DNA from: Oligoflexales bacterium
GTDB taxonomy: Bacteria > Bdellovibrionota_B > Oligoflexia > Oligoflexales > Bog-1112
Direction of reading: 5' to 3'
DNA: 29,154 bases
Assembly: GCA_045106415.1 (NCBI GenBank)
Contig: JBGCEP010000021.1
Span: 1 to 29,154 of the forward strand
Made by a program: the position numbers and the translations under genes. The notes beneath the pieces were generated by a model. It had not been told where the DNA came from. It saw nothing but the letters and a program-made list of their open reading frames with translations, and ran no database searches. Position 1 is the first letter of the stretch; every line of letters begins with the position of its first letter. Positions 27,627 through 29,154 of the stretch are shown in pieces.

Positions 27627-28537
27627 TTTTTCCTGATCAAGCCGAGCAACTCTGCAGACAGAGAGCCACTCACTTCTCTCAAAACTGCCCACTCGAAATG
27701 TCTCCTGTAATAGAAGCCCTACAACTCCCCCAAGGCTATTGGCATATCAACACCCAAGGAGCCGTTTGCGTTGATTTTACTGAGGAACTCAGCGCAGACC
27801 ACAGCAATCTGCTTGAGCAAGCTTTAAAATCCATTATCCCTTGGAAAAAAGGGCCCTTCAGAATAGACGGGCACGACATCGATGCTGAGTGGAGAAGCGA
27901 ACTAAAGTGGGACAGACTTCTTCCCCATATTCATCCTCTAGAAAACAAAGACGTCCTCGACATTGGTTGTCACAATGGATACTACATGTACCGCATTGCA
28001 GAACATAAACCAGCATCCATCACAGGCCTTGAGCCTGTGAATCGCCATTGGCATACTTTTAGATTCCTAAACCACATTGCTTCTATTGAAAACGCACGCT
28101 TTTCAACACTAGGAGTTGAGCACTGCAAGTGGTTTGAAAAAACTTTTGATACGATTTTTTGTCTTGGAATATTATACCACCACACAGACCCCGTCGGCCT
28201 CCTAAAACAACTTAAAACTTCGCTTAAACCAGGCAGCCAAATCCTTATAGATTGCCAAGGTATTCCTGGGAATCATTCGTCAGCCTTGGTTCCCTCTGGG
28301 CGCTACGCAACAACAAAAGGCGTTTGGTTTCTCCCTACACAAAGCTGTCTTGAAAATTGGTTACGGCGAAGTGGATTTAGAAACATTGAATGCGTCTATG
28401 CGCAACCTCTCTCAACTAATGAACAAAGAGCCACTGAATGGGCTCCAATCAAAAGCTTAAAAGACTTCCTTATAAACGACAAAACCGTTGAAGGCTACCC
28501 TGCACCATGGCGCTTTTACTTTACAGCTATGCGCTAA
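27620..28537 (+). CDS. cmoB: tRNA U34 carboxymethyltransferase CmoB
   Basis: PWKKGPF, IDAEWRS..KW, LDIGCHNGYY, LGILYH, LVP.GRYA and TVEGYPAPWR. Confidence 0.95.
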   Translation: MLVFPDQAEQLCRQRATHFSQNCPLEMSPVIEALQLPQGYWHINTQGAVCVDFTEELSADHSNLLEQALKSIIPWKKGPFRIDGHDIDAEWRSELKWDRLLPHIHPLENKDVLDIGCHNGYYMYRIAEHKPASITGLEPVNRHWHTFRFLNHIASIENARFSTLGVEHCKWFEKTFDTIFCLGILYHHTDPVGLLKQLKTSLKPGSQILIDCQGIPGNHSSALVPSGRYATTKGVWFLPTQSCLENWLRRSGFRNIECVYAQPLSTNEQRATEWAPIKSLKDFLINDKTVEGYPAPWRFYFTAMR

Positions 28538-28561
28538 ATTCAATAAAGAGCAATGTCTTTC

Positions 28562-28801
28562 TAGTGCCCCGCCATGTTTAAAATGATGGATAAAGTCATC
28601 TAATTCTCTGTCGCGCCTGAGAATTGGTGAAAATCCAATTCGCCTTCAACTCATTTTTATTAGCCTCCTCGAACCATGCTGCAATCTCAGTTCTTCGAGA
28701 TTACCAATCCAGCTAATCAGACATTGATTGTGCATAACGTTAATCGCAGTTCCGCCATATTGAGCCAGCCGGCATAATTAGGTATGAATTCGAACTCCAC
28801 G
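28562..28801 (-). mobile_element. IS630-family remnant: transposase C-terminus and right end
   Basis: Minus-strand translation across frameshifts gives VEFEFIPNYAGWLNMAE / INVMHNQCLISWIGNLEEL / IAAWFEEANKNELKANWIFTNSQARQRIR*LYPSF*. The end reads ...ATGGCGGGGCAC followed by TA, the IS630 target dinucleotide. Confidence 0.85.
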
Positions 28802-28947
28802 GAGTTACGCCAGAAAGTTGTGGATTGAAAAAGTATGACGACCTATTCTCATTGTTAACAAACAACAACAAAGGGCTCTGCAAAACCCAACAAGAACGAG
28901 GTCGTCATGTTAAAGCTTTTATCAGAATCATCCAGCCAAGAACAAGA
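28802..28947 (+). mobile_element. Possible left end of another IS (IS256-like), truncated
   Basis: GAGTTACGCCAGAAAGTTGTGGAT starts about where IS630 similarity stops and resembles IS256-type ends as I recall them. GAGG-5 nt-ATG 28907 opens MLKLLSESSSQEQD. The family call is weak. Confidence 0.35.
28835..28908. repeat. 10-bp perfect inverted repeat with imperfect inner extension
   Basis: ATGACGACCT (28835-28844) and AGGTCGTCAT (28899-28908). Confidence 0.8.
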
Positions 28948-29154
28948 CCCGGCATTGATCACACCTAATTTTGATTTAGAGAATAAATATCAGATGCAGA
29001 ATTTGAAATCATTAATATGATTTTTCTTCGTAGGTCAGTAACACCTGTCACTAAGACTTGCATCTGCCCATCAAGTTCAATGTAAACTTCATTGATGTTC
29101 AGCATCATCTGCATAATTCTTTTCATTGTCGGACGTTTAGTTTTTCCATATACC
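28948..29154 (-). mobile_element. IS1634-family element, 3' end of transposase and right end (runs off window)
   Basis: Open frame 29153-28965 reads VYGKTKRPTMKRIMQMMLNINEVYIELDGQMQVLVTGVTDLRRKIILMISNSASDIYSLNQN*, matching the IS1634 C-terminal T.RPT.R.I.Q pattern. CCCGGCATTGATCA at 28948 resembles the family terminal repeat. Confidence 0.75.

Noticed and set aside
562..28562. Whole block as a composite transposon
   Set aside because: The flanking IS630 pieces share no comparable region in the window and show no matching ends; the other remnants belong to different families; and the cargo includes essential genes.
25462..29154. Genomic island integrated at the tRNA
   Set aside because: No integrase and no duplicated tRNA 3' end were seen, and the downstream genes look like core genes.

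Overview
A ~27 kb block of intact core genes (about 40% GC by eye) with decayed insertion sequences at both ends. Gene types and order suggest a Bdellovibrionota/Oligoflexia-like (former deltaproteobacterial) genome; this is inference only. Minus strand: yajQ-ychF, an intrinsic terminator, then one tightly coupled run aroK-gspC-gspC-gspD-gspD-gspE-F-G-H-I-J-K-L-M-N. This is a type II secretion system with tandemly duplicated GspC and secretin genes, a PilM-PilN-like GspL and a GspN. Plus strand: an unknown secreted Cys-rich basic protein, dnaG, rpoD (histone-H1-like plus acidic N-terminus) and a CAU tRNA. These are followed by a convergent pseudo-receiver/TPR gene and a divergent cmoA-cmoB pair. 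Left end: a frameshifted IS630 transposase and a second DDE transposase remnant. Right end: an IS630 remnant, a probable further IS left end with an RBS-sequestering hairpin, and the 3' end of an IS1634 element. The most interesting candidate system is the C-C-D-D T2SS headed by shikimate kinase. All calls come from reading motifs by eye; no searches were run.
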